DNA of 64,000 nucleotides. Source: Phyllosticta citribraziliensis (Eukaryota). A program made the translations under genes and the position numbers. The notes under the pieces are model-generated. The model was not told the DNA's origin, ran no database searches, and worked only from the letters and a program-made list of their open reading frames with translations. The stretch is from assembly GCF_038025025.1 (NCBI RefSeq), contig NW_027117345.1:1054001-1118000 (forward strand). Reading direction: 5' to 3'. Below are positions 13,256 to 24,200 of the stretch, piece by piece (the first letter of the stretch is position 1; the number at the start of each line of letters is the position of its first letter).

Positions 13256-13888
13256 AGAGTGTCTGCAGCATCATCGTGTGTGAAGTGTCCCCCTTACCGT
13301 CTCCCTTTCCACGTCCATCAATGTCAGATGTCCCCGACCGGTCGTTGTACAAAGGATGAAACAAGAGATGATAAGAATGTCGACTTGGAAGAGAATTCCA
13401 GGGAGCCAAAGGAAGAATGAGATGTGGTCGTTGCATGTATTCATCATTGTTGCCGCGCCATGCTGTGAGACTCGGCGTAAAGTAGCGAAGCGTAGGAATA
13501 AACCCTTTCTCCTCCGTGGTGTGTTGTCTGCCTCCCCCTCTCTTCTCAGATGCAATCTGGCGCCGCCTTTGTTATCCAACGACGGGGACAGAACCCGTCT
13601 GCCAATCTGTCCAGCTGCCTGTTTCAGCCCGCCCCCCCTCTTCCACCCAAAAGACCGCGTGAATCCAACACGGCGAAAAGAATTAAAGAAAGATCAAGCC
13701 AAGCGCAAGAACGAAAACGAAATCCCGAATCGTGTTCCGTCGTCAGCCTGGCCCGTTCGTTGAGGTCGGAGCCGCTCCTGAAATACCCCTCTCTCCTCTC
13801 CCCTCCCCTCCCCCTCTTTCCCGAAATTGTTGCTCAAATTACCACCACTCGATTACTCGTCAACTCCACCGTGCATGAAGGAACCGGC

Positions 13889-15801
13889 TTACACCTTCAT
13901 GGCGAAGCTCTTGAGGTACTCGTAATCGGCGACGTTCTTGTCGACCGTGTCCTGGATGCACTTTGCGCCCTCGGGGCCAAACTTGTCGGTCCACTCGGCG
14001 TACAGCTCCGCGTCGGACTTGGGGATCTTTTTCTAAACGTGATTAGCGGTGTAAGAATGCTGTTCAAAAGAAACAAAGGTTGGGTCGATGGGGTTAGCGT
14101 AGCTGATTTTCGCGTCCTCCCGTCTTCTTTTTCCCCCGGTCTGTCCGTCCCGTCTTTCAATGTGGCTCAGTGGCTAAAAACGCAGTGCGATCCAATCCAA
14201 TCCAATGAGGAGAGAGAATGAGACAAGGCGCGAAAGAACACACAATCCGACAATGGCAGCAGTAGAGCGACAGGATCGAGGAGACAGAGAGACAAGACAA
14301 CGGCAAAAAGCAGCTACGTCACACGTACCTTTGCGCGCGGCTTCAGGTCCTTGCTTCCAATGGCGTCCTCGTGGAAGCCCTTCCACTTCTCAAACGCCTC
14401 CTTGGCGCACTCCTGGTCCTCGTCGTTCCAGTTGAGCATGCCCTGGCTGAACTCGACGCCTATGCTCTCGCAGTAGCGGCGCAGGATGCCCTCGGGATTG
14501 TCGAGCAGGTCGTCGGCGTCAATGACGCAAATCTCGACGCGCTCGTAGGCGTCGGCCGAGCCATTGACGCCGTTGGTGGCCGTGGTGGTGCCGTTCGGGC
14601 CGTGGGTGCCATTCGTGGCAGGCTTGTCGTCATTCTGCCCCGCAATCTTGGGCCCCACCAGACCAGTGTTCTTGAGATAGTCAAAGATGCGGCGCAACTC
14701 GTCGTAGCCGGCTTCTGCCGGGTCGAAGTTGTAAAAGCCCGTGATGGCGTCCAAAGGCGGCACCGTGCAGCGGAAGTATGACGGAATGGAGTTGCGCGGG
14801 TGGCGGATCAGGAAAGTCCAGTGGAACTTGGCGAGGAGCTGCGTCGGCACCACGGTCGGGTTGCCTTCTTCGACCTCGGTGGGGTAGGGGTGCGGAGGGA
14901 CGGTTGCTGGGAGGGTCTTGACGTTTTGTGCCTCCCGGGGCAGCTGTGCTGCCGGCACGCCCTGAATGGTGCCGCCATTTGTGGCGGCGGTGCCGTCCGT
15001 GTCTAGGGCGCTGTCGACGCGGGCGTGGTGCAGGTTTTTGCCAGAGCCGTCGGTTCCAACGCCCCTCTTGTACTGAACGAGAGATGGTGCTATCGAGGCG
15101 GGCTTTCCATTGGGCGGGCATAAGTAGTGGGCGATGTCCTTGATGAAGATTCGCTTTCCCTGCTTCCTGGTAAGTACTTGTAGAGAACTCGCGTTGCATG
15201 ATGGTATGCTTCGAGTTCCCGCGGTACTCGCCAGGCTGACAAGGAAACTGAAAGGACGGAGCTAGACAGGTTGAGCTGTCTTGGGCGTCGAGCTGCTTTG
15301 CAATTGAGACGGCAAGCACATTCAGGCACAAGGGCAAGGGGAAAGTGGCGTGGGAAAGACGTGTCGCATTGTAGATTGAGATCTGGGCATGAGAGGAAGG
15401 GATTGGTAGGAACAAAGACGGATTGACAGGGGCGAGATAGACGACATGCAAGCAAGCCGAATAGGCAACGCAGTGCCTATCGGAGGGAGGGATCCAACCT
15501 GGGTGTTTTCGCGATCTATTCTCTCGATGATGGTCTTGTATGTGCTCTTGGAGAAGCCACTGTCGATTCTGGCCTCTTCGTCGTTCAGGTAGCGGTCGCC
15601 GATTCTCTCGGGTCCGTAGTAGAAGGCGTCTCCGAATGGTTCGTGGACACATTGGAGTTCGTCACGGCGGGTCATGAAGACCTGGAATCAACAGTCAGCA
15701 TTACTCGATTGCGACAGAGATTCAGGACTGGGACGTACGCGCTCAAAGGCGGTCGAGCATGCCCGCGGGTGGGTGGCTACAAAGACTGGCTTGGTCGTCA
15801 T
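13889..15801 (-). CDS. Sulfotransferase-like P-loop fold protein (fungal THPRACSTAFER family)
   Basis: Exons 15801-15739, 15681-15499, 15159-14329, 14032-13889. Motifs PVFVATHPRACSTAFERVFM, CVHEPFGDAFYYGPE, RIFIKD, TFLIRHPRNSIPSY, VIDADDLLDNPEG, KWKGFHEDAI, VADYEYLKSFA. Confidence 0.85.
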
Positions 15802-18800
15802 GGCGAATGACAGACTCGCGCAGAGGTCTCGGGCGACGGGAGTCGAATATATTCCAATCCGGTCTCGGGACGCCCAGGAACAAAGAGATGGTCTGAAGGA
15901 GCTCTCGTGTGTTTCAACGAATTGCAACGGAGGAGAGGGATGGAGAAGTAGCGATGCCGGCGGCACAGTCCGAGGGAGCTTGAGGGTGGATTTAAGGAAC
16001 CGGAGAGGGAGCAGGGCGGCGGCGAAGCTTTTCTAGCGCCATGAGCGGTTTCCCAGCGGCCCAGGGCGTCGTCGCGAGCATGGTGTCGACCATGTCAGAT
16101 AAGGCGGCATGGGACACGGTGGGTGCTGAGTGGGTGGGAGAGAGCCATGGTCGACCGGTCGGCCCAGAGGTCCCTGTCGCCTCCGACGTCACTGCAACTT
16201 TCTGCCGCCCCACACAACACAGGCACTCAACTCAGCGAGCGACGCGCCCGAGCGAAAGCCTCTGCACCACCACTTCGCACAACCACCACCACCACCACCA
16301 ACACCACCAACACCACACCGCCGCCATCGCCATCGTGGGGCCCGTGTGACCAGCCCGAATCCAGAACGGCGCCTGCGCCAGCCCGAGCCCGAGCCTCGAG
16401 CCGCATGCGTCGTGCCAGGTTCGCCGCCAGCACCCCACGCCAGCCCTGCTGAGGCACTGGCACCAGCACCCTCCCAAACAAACCTTTGCTGGACCCTCTT
16501 TGCCGGAAATGGCGCCCTGCCGACTGGCGAATTGCTGCAACCCTGTTGCTTGCCCAGACCTGCTCAGCCCGCCAGCGACCTGAACTTAGCGACGCGGCGG
16601 CCGCATCCCGCCCGAGGGTCGAGACATTATTGCAGAAAATGCTGCTCCGCCACGGCTCGGAATTGCCCAAGTCGTTTTCTGTTGAGCAGTCGCCGCCGGA
16701 CGTGTCCCTCCCTGTCCTGCATCTGCTGGGCTGCGCTGGGCTGTACCTGGCTCAAAACAACGCGACCCACTGCCATCGCGCGGAGTAGCCGACTCCAAAA
16801 CGAACCCCGCGGGACAGCTCAAAAATAGTCAGTTTCACGGCCCCATTGGCCATCTCATGACTCGGACATGGCCATCGCACCGACAGCTGAGAACGACTCG
16901 AAAAAAAAAGTAGTCCTTCTCCGCAACGCCGTGATTGCCGCAAACCGGCTCAAACGGGTCGAGGAAACGGTGGAGTCTGGGACTCTCTTACGAAACTGAC
17001 TTCGGACGACGAGAGAAAACGTGGTTAGGACCACGGGTCAAGACGCAACACAAGGAAACTAGACGTGAAGAAAAATGGATCCCGGCAAAGTTGCATTGCA
17101 GAAGAATCCACAAAATCCAGGATCTTCTCGGTCCGGCCTTCGGTTACTGTCGTCTCACCAACTTGGCCGCGGTTTTTCGCTCTGCGCCATCCCTCCGACT
17201 TACCAATGTTTGGGGCCGTCTCCATAAGAAATCTCGGCTTCCGGTGGATTTGCCCGCGACGGAGCGGATAGATTCCATCTGATTTTGGTCCGTCTTGGCC
17301 TGGGGCAGTACCTGCTGATCCGGTCTGGAATGCTCCCGAGGTGATGCGATCCGGACCTGGAGCCGTCTGACCGTGCTCAACGACTTACTGCTGTTTCCTG
17401 TGCTCCAAACCATCCGCTATAACCTGTGTTGAGATGCTACGTCCACTGCGACCTTTTGACTTTTTCGCTCGTTCTTTTGCGTGCAGTTTAGCTTTCGGCG
17501 TCGAGTTTGATCGCTCGCGCTTTGCGTCCATGCGCTGATTTGACATGTCGCCTTCTCTTTACAGATTCCAGCTGTCCTTGGTCGGGGATCCATATCCATG
17601 CCATTTCGCTGGGATTGACGGTAAAAAGAGCGGATCTCCAAGAGTTTCGTGGAGGCGCCGCCACATTTCGGCGGCTTGCCGGCAGCAAATGTTTACTATC
17701 CGGAACCTGACGCCGTCGGTGAAGTAATTGCTCCCCAATGGCGTCAGTCTCTCATCATGAGGAGAGGTGATCCCACGGCGTCGATGCATCAGGCGACTAC
17801 CGTGCGACTGGTCGGCGAAGCGAATGCTGGCATCGTGACGCAGGAACGCTGCTCCGCATCACTCATTTTTTTCAGTTGTGGCAGCAATCGTCAAACGTGT
17901 CCGGTTTTGGTCTGGGATCCTGCGGTACTTGCACGCGTCCTGACTTGGGCGTTGGTCTGCGAAACTCGACACCAGCGTATTGCAAAGCCTTGGATACCTT
18001 GCGATTTGCACGACTATTGACTGTCGTGTGGTTGCAATCCTAGGTACCTGGAATTGCAGCCGAAGTCGTGGAATGGAGCGGCGAGAGCTGGCTGGGTGTT
18101 TAGTTACAACACCAAGCCGCCATGGAAGAGCTAGGAGTCCCAGAGCAGGAAACGCGCTCCAGTCGCACAGTGTTGCGATCTTGGAGCTGCGCGCTTCCTT
18201 CCACAGCGCCACGATGCGCCATGGCATGTGACGCCCACTCCAACATGTTGCGACACTCTTCGTGCAGGCCACAGAGACTTCATTGGTCCACTGCACCATG
18301 TTCCCAAGCTCTTGATGGATCTCGGCCAGAAGTGGAAGGCGTCGACCGATAGAACCCTCACCACTTACGTTCTACTCGTCCGCGTCCGATGACTGTCTTT
18401 GGTGCAAATTCAAACCAAAAGTTTCCGCTGGACCGGGCACGAATGGCGTTTGTCGAAGGAGCAATTGTCTGACAAAGACCCACGAGTTTGCGCGTCGTAA
18501 TATTTGGCTCTGCCATTTTGAACATCAGCATTAAGTAAGAGCAGTGTCTTGATTCGCCAGTCAACCTACACAAGCATCTCACATGCAATAATGCCATGTC
18601 CAAACATAGCATCGCTTACCGTCGCCTCGAAAACCCCCCACCACCCATTCGGAAGCTGCCCTCATCGGAAAGTGCCCTTCATATTGCGCCATTGGAAGGG
18701 AGTTGCAGCACCTCGACCATCTGCAGAAACGAAAGGAAGCGAGACGGTGGATTTGCCAGCATGACAGGCCGCGCAGGTAAAGAGTACCAAGGCGCCTCAC

Positions 18801-21266
18801 TTGACTGCGGGCGCAGCGCGGCACTTTATAACCCCAGACAGCTGGGACGATGACGAGCTCGTGTGGCATACCCCGGGAGTCCCGAGCTTCGGCGGGCACA
18901 CTTGGTCTCCTTTCTGTTGTTGACGTGATGAGCGTGCGGCATCAGAACATTTGCGCGGCCGATGGCGTGCTTGAGCCGCGCGGAGATGGAAAATGTCCGT
19001 GCTAACCACCACCAAACCACCATCTTCATCGACATAACACCGAGGGCATCGGTCCAATGGTCAAGGTCAAGTCTATTGCTATTGCTTCGGAATGTTGCTG
19101 TTGTCGACGAGGTGGATGTGTAGCAGGGTTTCGTGTTCGCGTTGACATATTGCTGTGGAAGAGTGGCGCTGACAAGATCATCACAGAGGCCTTGAGACGT
19201 CATCACCGCCCGAGCTACCTGTTCTCGTTCCTTTCGCAGCGAGAACTTCCCCTCAAGCGAAAGCCTGTCAGTCTTGCCAATTGATACAATCTCAAAGCTG
19301 GACCATCCTCCAGCAGGTCGAGCATCAGTTCAAAACCTCAGGTCCAGAAGGCCCACACTGCGCCGCCTGCCACTCAGGCCAGCCGCGATTCAGCGATACT
19401 TGTGGAATCAGAAGAGCCCTCAGCTCCAAGCTGGCCGCTCCAATGCATGAGCGCGGCTTGGCTCCCAGTCGATGCAGAGAATTGCAGTTCTCGCATCACT
19501 CAGTTTCCCTGGACCAGGTGATTGAGCCTTGACTTGTCCACCGAGCAGCCACACGGACTTCTTCTCCGCAACTATCCTACAGTGTGCTGCGGGTGCCGCT
19601 CAAAACCAGGGCATCGACAGAGCTGCGAAATTTAGTCCCATCCCAGCAGTCTCATTCAGTAGAAGTCAAAGCCGCCAACGCGAATGCGCCCGCCGATCCA
19701 AAGTTGAACATACCATTAGCAGCTAGCTCAGTAGCTTTGTCGTCGCACCCAAATCACGCCATCAAGAGGGTCTCGCGCACAAAAGGGTTGGATCAAGGGC
19801 TTCGCGGGGTAGGCAGAACCGTGGTTGCGCTGTCCACGCTATCCGCATGGCTGCGTGCCTTTACGCCCTGCCCTGGACACGTGGAAACCATTGTTCTACG
19901 CATGTGATGATGCCACGACTGCTTGATATGGTCTCAATTGTCGGCGGGCCTGCTGCGCGAGACGTATGGGTTGATTGGATCTGGTGTCGCACTGCACGGT
20001 GATGAGAGTGGTGTGGAGATGTTGGTGAGAGGGACACAGAGAGAGGGATTGAGGAGAAGGTTCACGATTTAGCAGGGTAAATGGACAAAATTTCTTGTAC
20101 ACTTAAGAACATTTGCAATTTCGTCTATGTGTCTCACCTTTCAAACTGTCTGCGTTCCTCTGAATATGGTAGCTGTATAGCTGTATAATACGACCTAGCC
20201 CTATCACTACAGGTCCTCCAGCAAATCTCCTGCATGTTTATTTTTCCTCGTCGTCGTACCCATCGAGTAAGCAACACGAGCAAAAAGGCGTACATCATGC
20301 ATGATCAGTGAAAAAGTCAACTCTTAACAGATAGAAGACATGAAGCTTGCGGGAAAGTAGCGCTATGACACCAACACACTACCACCACTGACCATCACTT
20401 CGGATCAACACAGCCCGCGACGACGCAAAAGAGACAAAAGTCATGTCAATTAGAAGTAAGTGTATTTCTAAGAGATGAGAAGCGCAAAAAATCATAATGG
20501 AGGGAAAAAATGTGTTTAAAATGCAGAGAGAGGAAAAGAAGCAAAGCCTAAATAGAGTCCATGGTATTATGCAGCAACACCGCGCCCACACACCGAGAGA
20601 GGTCCTGCCGTCTGGACGGACCCGGAAACACGAGTCATGAGAACGGTTAAATGAGAAGAAGGGACCAGAGAAAAGGGAAGGGGCAAGAGGAAATCGAAAG
20701 GCCTGGCAAGGCAAGAGATAAACGCCCACGTCGCCCACGCCATGCATTGTATTGCTGTACAGACACAAGGAGATGGACTGACGATGATGAAATGGAGCAT
20801 GAAGGAAATTTTGAAGTCATTTGGATTGTGAATTAGAAAGGGAGAGAAAGGATCTGTTCCTCCCGTTCGTTGAACCACCTCTCATGCAAAGCCTAGCTCA
20901 GCCCGTCCGGACTGGCAAGAGGAAAGCGAAAGCCAGTATATCGGTCGCGTGCGGTAAACATGCACGTGGGATGTCCCTTAACCAGTTACGAGAGAGGAAA
21001 AAGGGCCTCCAGGAAAGGGACCGGGTGTGTAAGAAATGGGTATGAGTCTATTCATTATCGTTTTCCTGATTTGAATGAAGGGGTAGTCCTTAAAGGTCGG
21101 CAGAGCGAAGGGGTGGCCAAGCGTGAGTTGATGGCTAGGCAGAACTCGGAAGCTGAAGGGTCCGCGTAGAGATGATGATTCAGACGAAAAGAAGCGCTCC
21201 AGGAGAACCGCGGTCTCGAACAGGTGACTCGAAGCCGGCCGGTTGGAAATCGAGAAAGCCAAGTCT

Positions 21267-24200
21267 TCAGTACCGCAGTTTGCCAAGAAGCGAGAAGCAG
21301 TACGCGCAATCGCGCTCGGTTTTCATCTGCATCCCATTAGCAACGGATTTCGCGAAATAGAACAAAAGAAAAGCACTCACCTGAATCATAAACACCCTAG
21401 CCCGCGTCCCCGCCACGCCTCCAACGGCCGGCACACCACCAAGATCCCCGTCGGTCCCTACCGTGTCTTCCCACACGCTGACAGCAATGCCGAGCCGTCC
21501 AACCCTCTCGAAGCAGCTCTCGCCGAGAGTCACGTCCAGCAGCGTCTCGCCCTTGGTTTTGCCGAGCACCACAATGCGCATTTCGTTTTCAGGATCTCGC
21601 TGGCCTGGCCCGCCCTGGCCGATACGAACGTTTTGAGACGGCGTCGACGGACGCGATGGTCGCATGATTGAGAGACGCGCCTTGCCCATGTCGCGCCAAC
21701 GCGAACTCGACTCGCGTGAGTACAGGCGGATTTTGGGGTTCGTTATGCCAACTGGCAAGCCGTTCCCGAACGGGTCGGTCGGGGAGACGGGCTTGCTGGG
21801 AGAGGCGCCCGTGCTGCTTTCGCATTCCATGGTTAGGCTGTCGGTGCTGCGGGACCGGCTTCCGTCGCCCGATGAGTGGATGCTCGATTTAGCAATGTTG
21901 AAGAGGCCTTTGCTGGTAGAGAACCGTTTGAGCGCGCTAAAAGCGCTACCGATAGTGTTCACACTGGACGTAGTGCCAGCAGAAGTACTGATTGCACGTG
22001 TGGACTTGGCGCGGTAGGTGCCTCGACGGGCAAGGCTGCCCCACCAGCTACTGCCTCCCATGATGCTAGGGTCAGACCGTTCGTCGTTGCGCCGGTCCAT
22101 GAGAGCACCCCAGGTATCGGGCCGTGCAGAAGGGCCTCGGGCGTTTTGCAAGGCGATGTACGTGGGATTGTTAATCCGGGCACTATTGATGTACCCGTAC
22201 AACAACTCGCACTCGTCCTGAGACCGCGACCGGAACATAATGTTGGCACCGACCTTCAATTTCGAATTGGCAGTCGGCGGAGAGCGGATCGAGATGTCCA
22301 GCGCTGTTCCGCGCGACAACGGGACAAGTGGCGTGAGCTCGAGCGCAACTAGTGGTTGCGTTCCCGCTGCAGCCTGAACAGCTTCCTTGTCTGGAGTGTC
22401 TTTGGAGTGTGCCGCGCTCATTTCGTAGGCTTCAATCAGCCCTGGAGTGACGACAATGCTGCATTCTTCCGGGTGGAGGGCCGTCCACATTCCTTTGTCG
22501 GACCAGGCCATCAGGGTGGCCACTGACTTGAGAGGTCTCGTGCTGGTAGAAGGAACGGTTCGGTACGGAGCTTGGGAAGCAGATTGAGAGGGCGTAAGAG
22601 TGTCATTGGGAGAGGTGTAGAGCGATTCGGGCGGCGATTGGCGCTTGAAGGTTTCCATTGGAGTGGCAGGTAGAGAGCCGAGTACGTCTGCAGCCTCAAG
22701 TTCGTCTTCGGAAGATTCAGAGAAAATGGAGTCTTCATCCGAGTAAGAAAGGTCGCTGTCTCCAGAGGAGTCACTGCAGGTCGACGGATGATATTCATGC
22801 TTCAATGGAGACGAGGTGCGTCTGTGGCCTTTGTATGTCGCAGCAGTCGGACTAAGATTCGGCGTTCCACCAGTTCTCAATGGGGCCGGGCTCACAACGC
22901 GATGTGGAGGCGGAGGAGGTGGTACATCGTCCGGCTCTTTCTCAGCCGAGTCCTTTGTGAATGGTAGCGTGAATCTCTTCTTTTGCAACTTGTTTGGCGA
23001 CGTCGACTCTTTTTCGGCTGGTGCTGGTTCTGGTGGTGGATCATTTCGTGTCGGCGCTTGCGCTGGGCTGGGCTTCCTTAACCTGTTGACCGTTGGCATA
23101 TCCGTCGTAGGAACGGACGAGGTTCGACGGTTCCTGCTAAACGGTTTCAGGATCTTTGCAGCCAAAGGAATGTGTTCCTCCTCTTCTGAGCGGTCACTGT
23201 AGCTGTCCTCATCAGTACCAGAGGGGGGATACCAGACAGAGTAGCCACCCTTCTTCGTCTCAACAGAAGTGGTACTCCGAGTTGATTGAGTGCTCTGGGT
23301 TAGGTAGGAAGACGTGTCGACCACACTAAAATCATAATCAGGTTGGGTTTGGGAGGTTTGACTAGATGTTGCTGGCAGAGATTCTTGAACGCTGCTGTCC
23401 CTCGAGCCACGTCTGGTCCGGGGATCATCCCTGGAATGCCGCTGGGCCTTTGACCGCTTGAGGGCGGGAGCGGTCGGGCTCTCTGCACGCACCATGGCGT
23501 CAGTGAACGCTGTCGCAGCTGAACGACCTGGAGGTGGCTGAGAACGCGTTTGCCGCGGTGTGAGATCCTCGCCAGCTGTACTGTTCGACGACAATTCGTC
23601 AGCTTTGGGCATACCCTTGAGCTTATTGCTTCCGCTGGACGGGGGTGTGCTTGGAGTAGTCTCTGACGAGTGCGTCCTCTGCCGTTCTGGAGTTTCGATG
23701 GTCCATCTCGATGCGATTTCGCTGGCCTGCTCTCCAATGGGTATTTGAATTTCACGTGGACTTGGAGTGCGACTGGATAACGGCAGGGTAGATCCAGTCT
23801 CGACAGTCAGCCGTGAAGATCCAAGACTGCTTGGTGGCCTGGCCTTTTCTTGCTTGAAGCTCTTTGCGCGAGTGACCTTGGGTGGTATTGGCGTCAGACC
23901 CAACATTTGCACCCATTCAAATCCAACCTCTTCCACATCTGTGCGCAATGTCAACAGCTCCTGCCATTCATCTCCTCCGGACTTGGATCCTCGGACCATG
24001 ACCACAATCTCGCCTTGGTAGTCGCCATTTCGAGCCGAAAGCCTGCTCTTGAGAATCGGCGGGAAGAATAGCCAGCGCCCGGTACTGTCGACTTCGCATA
24101 TCAGGAGGTCACCGCTGATTCCTCGGCCGGGAGCGTCGTCGCGAAGCAAGAGCTCAACTTTGCAATCTACTTCTTGGCCGCTAGAATGCAAAAGGGTCAT

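Noticed and set aside
15165..15178. U1 snRNA 5'-end-like TACTTACCAGG on the minus strand
   Set aside because: It is the branch/acceptor region of an intron, and no further U1 sequence follows.
16000..21200. 5-kb stretch with many short ORFs
   Set aside because: No recognisable domain, transposon signature, RIP-like AT richness or RNA gene; treated as intergenic/UTR.
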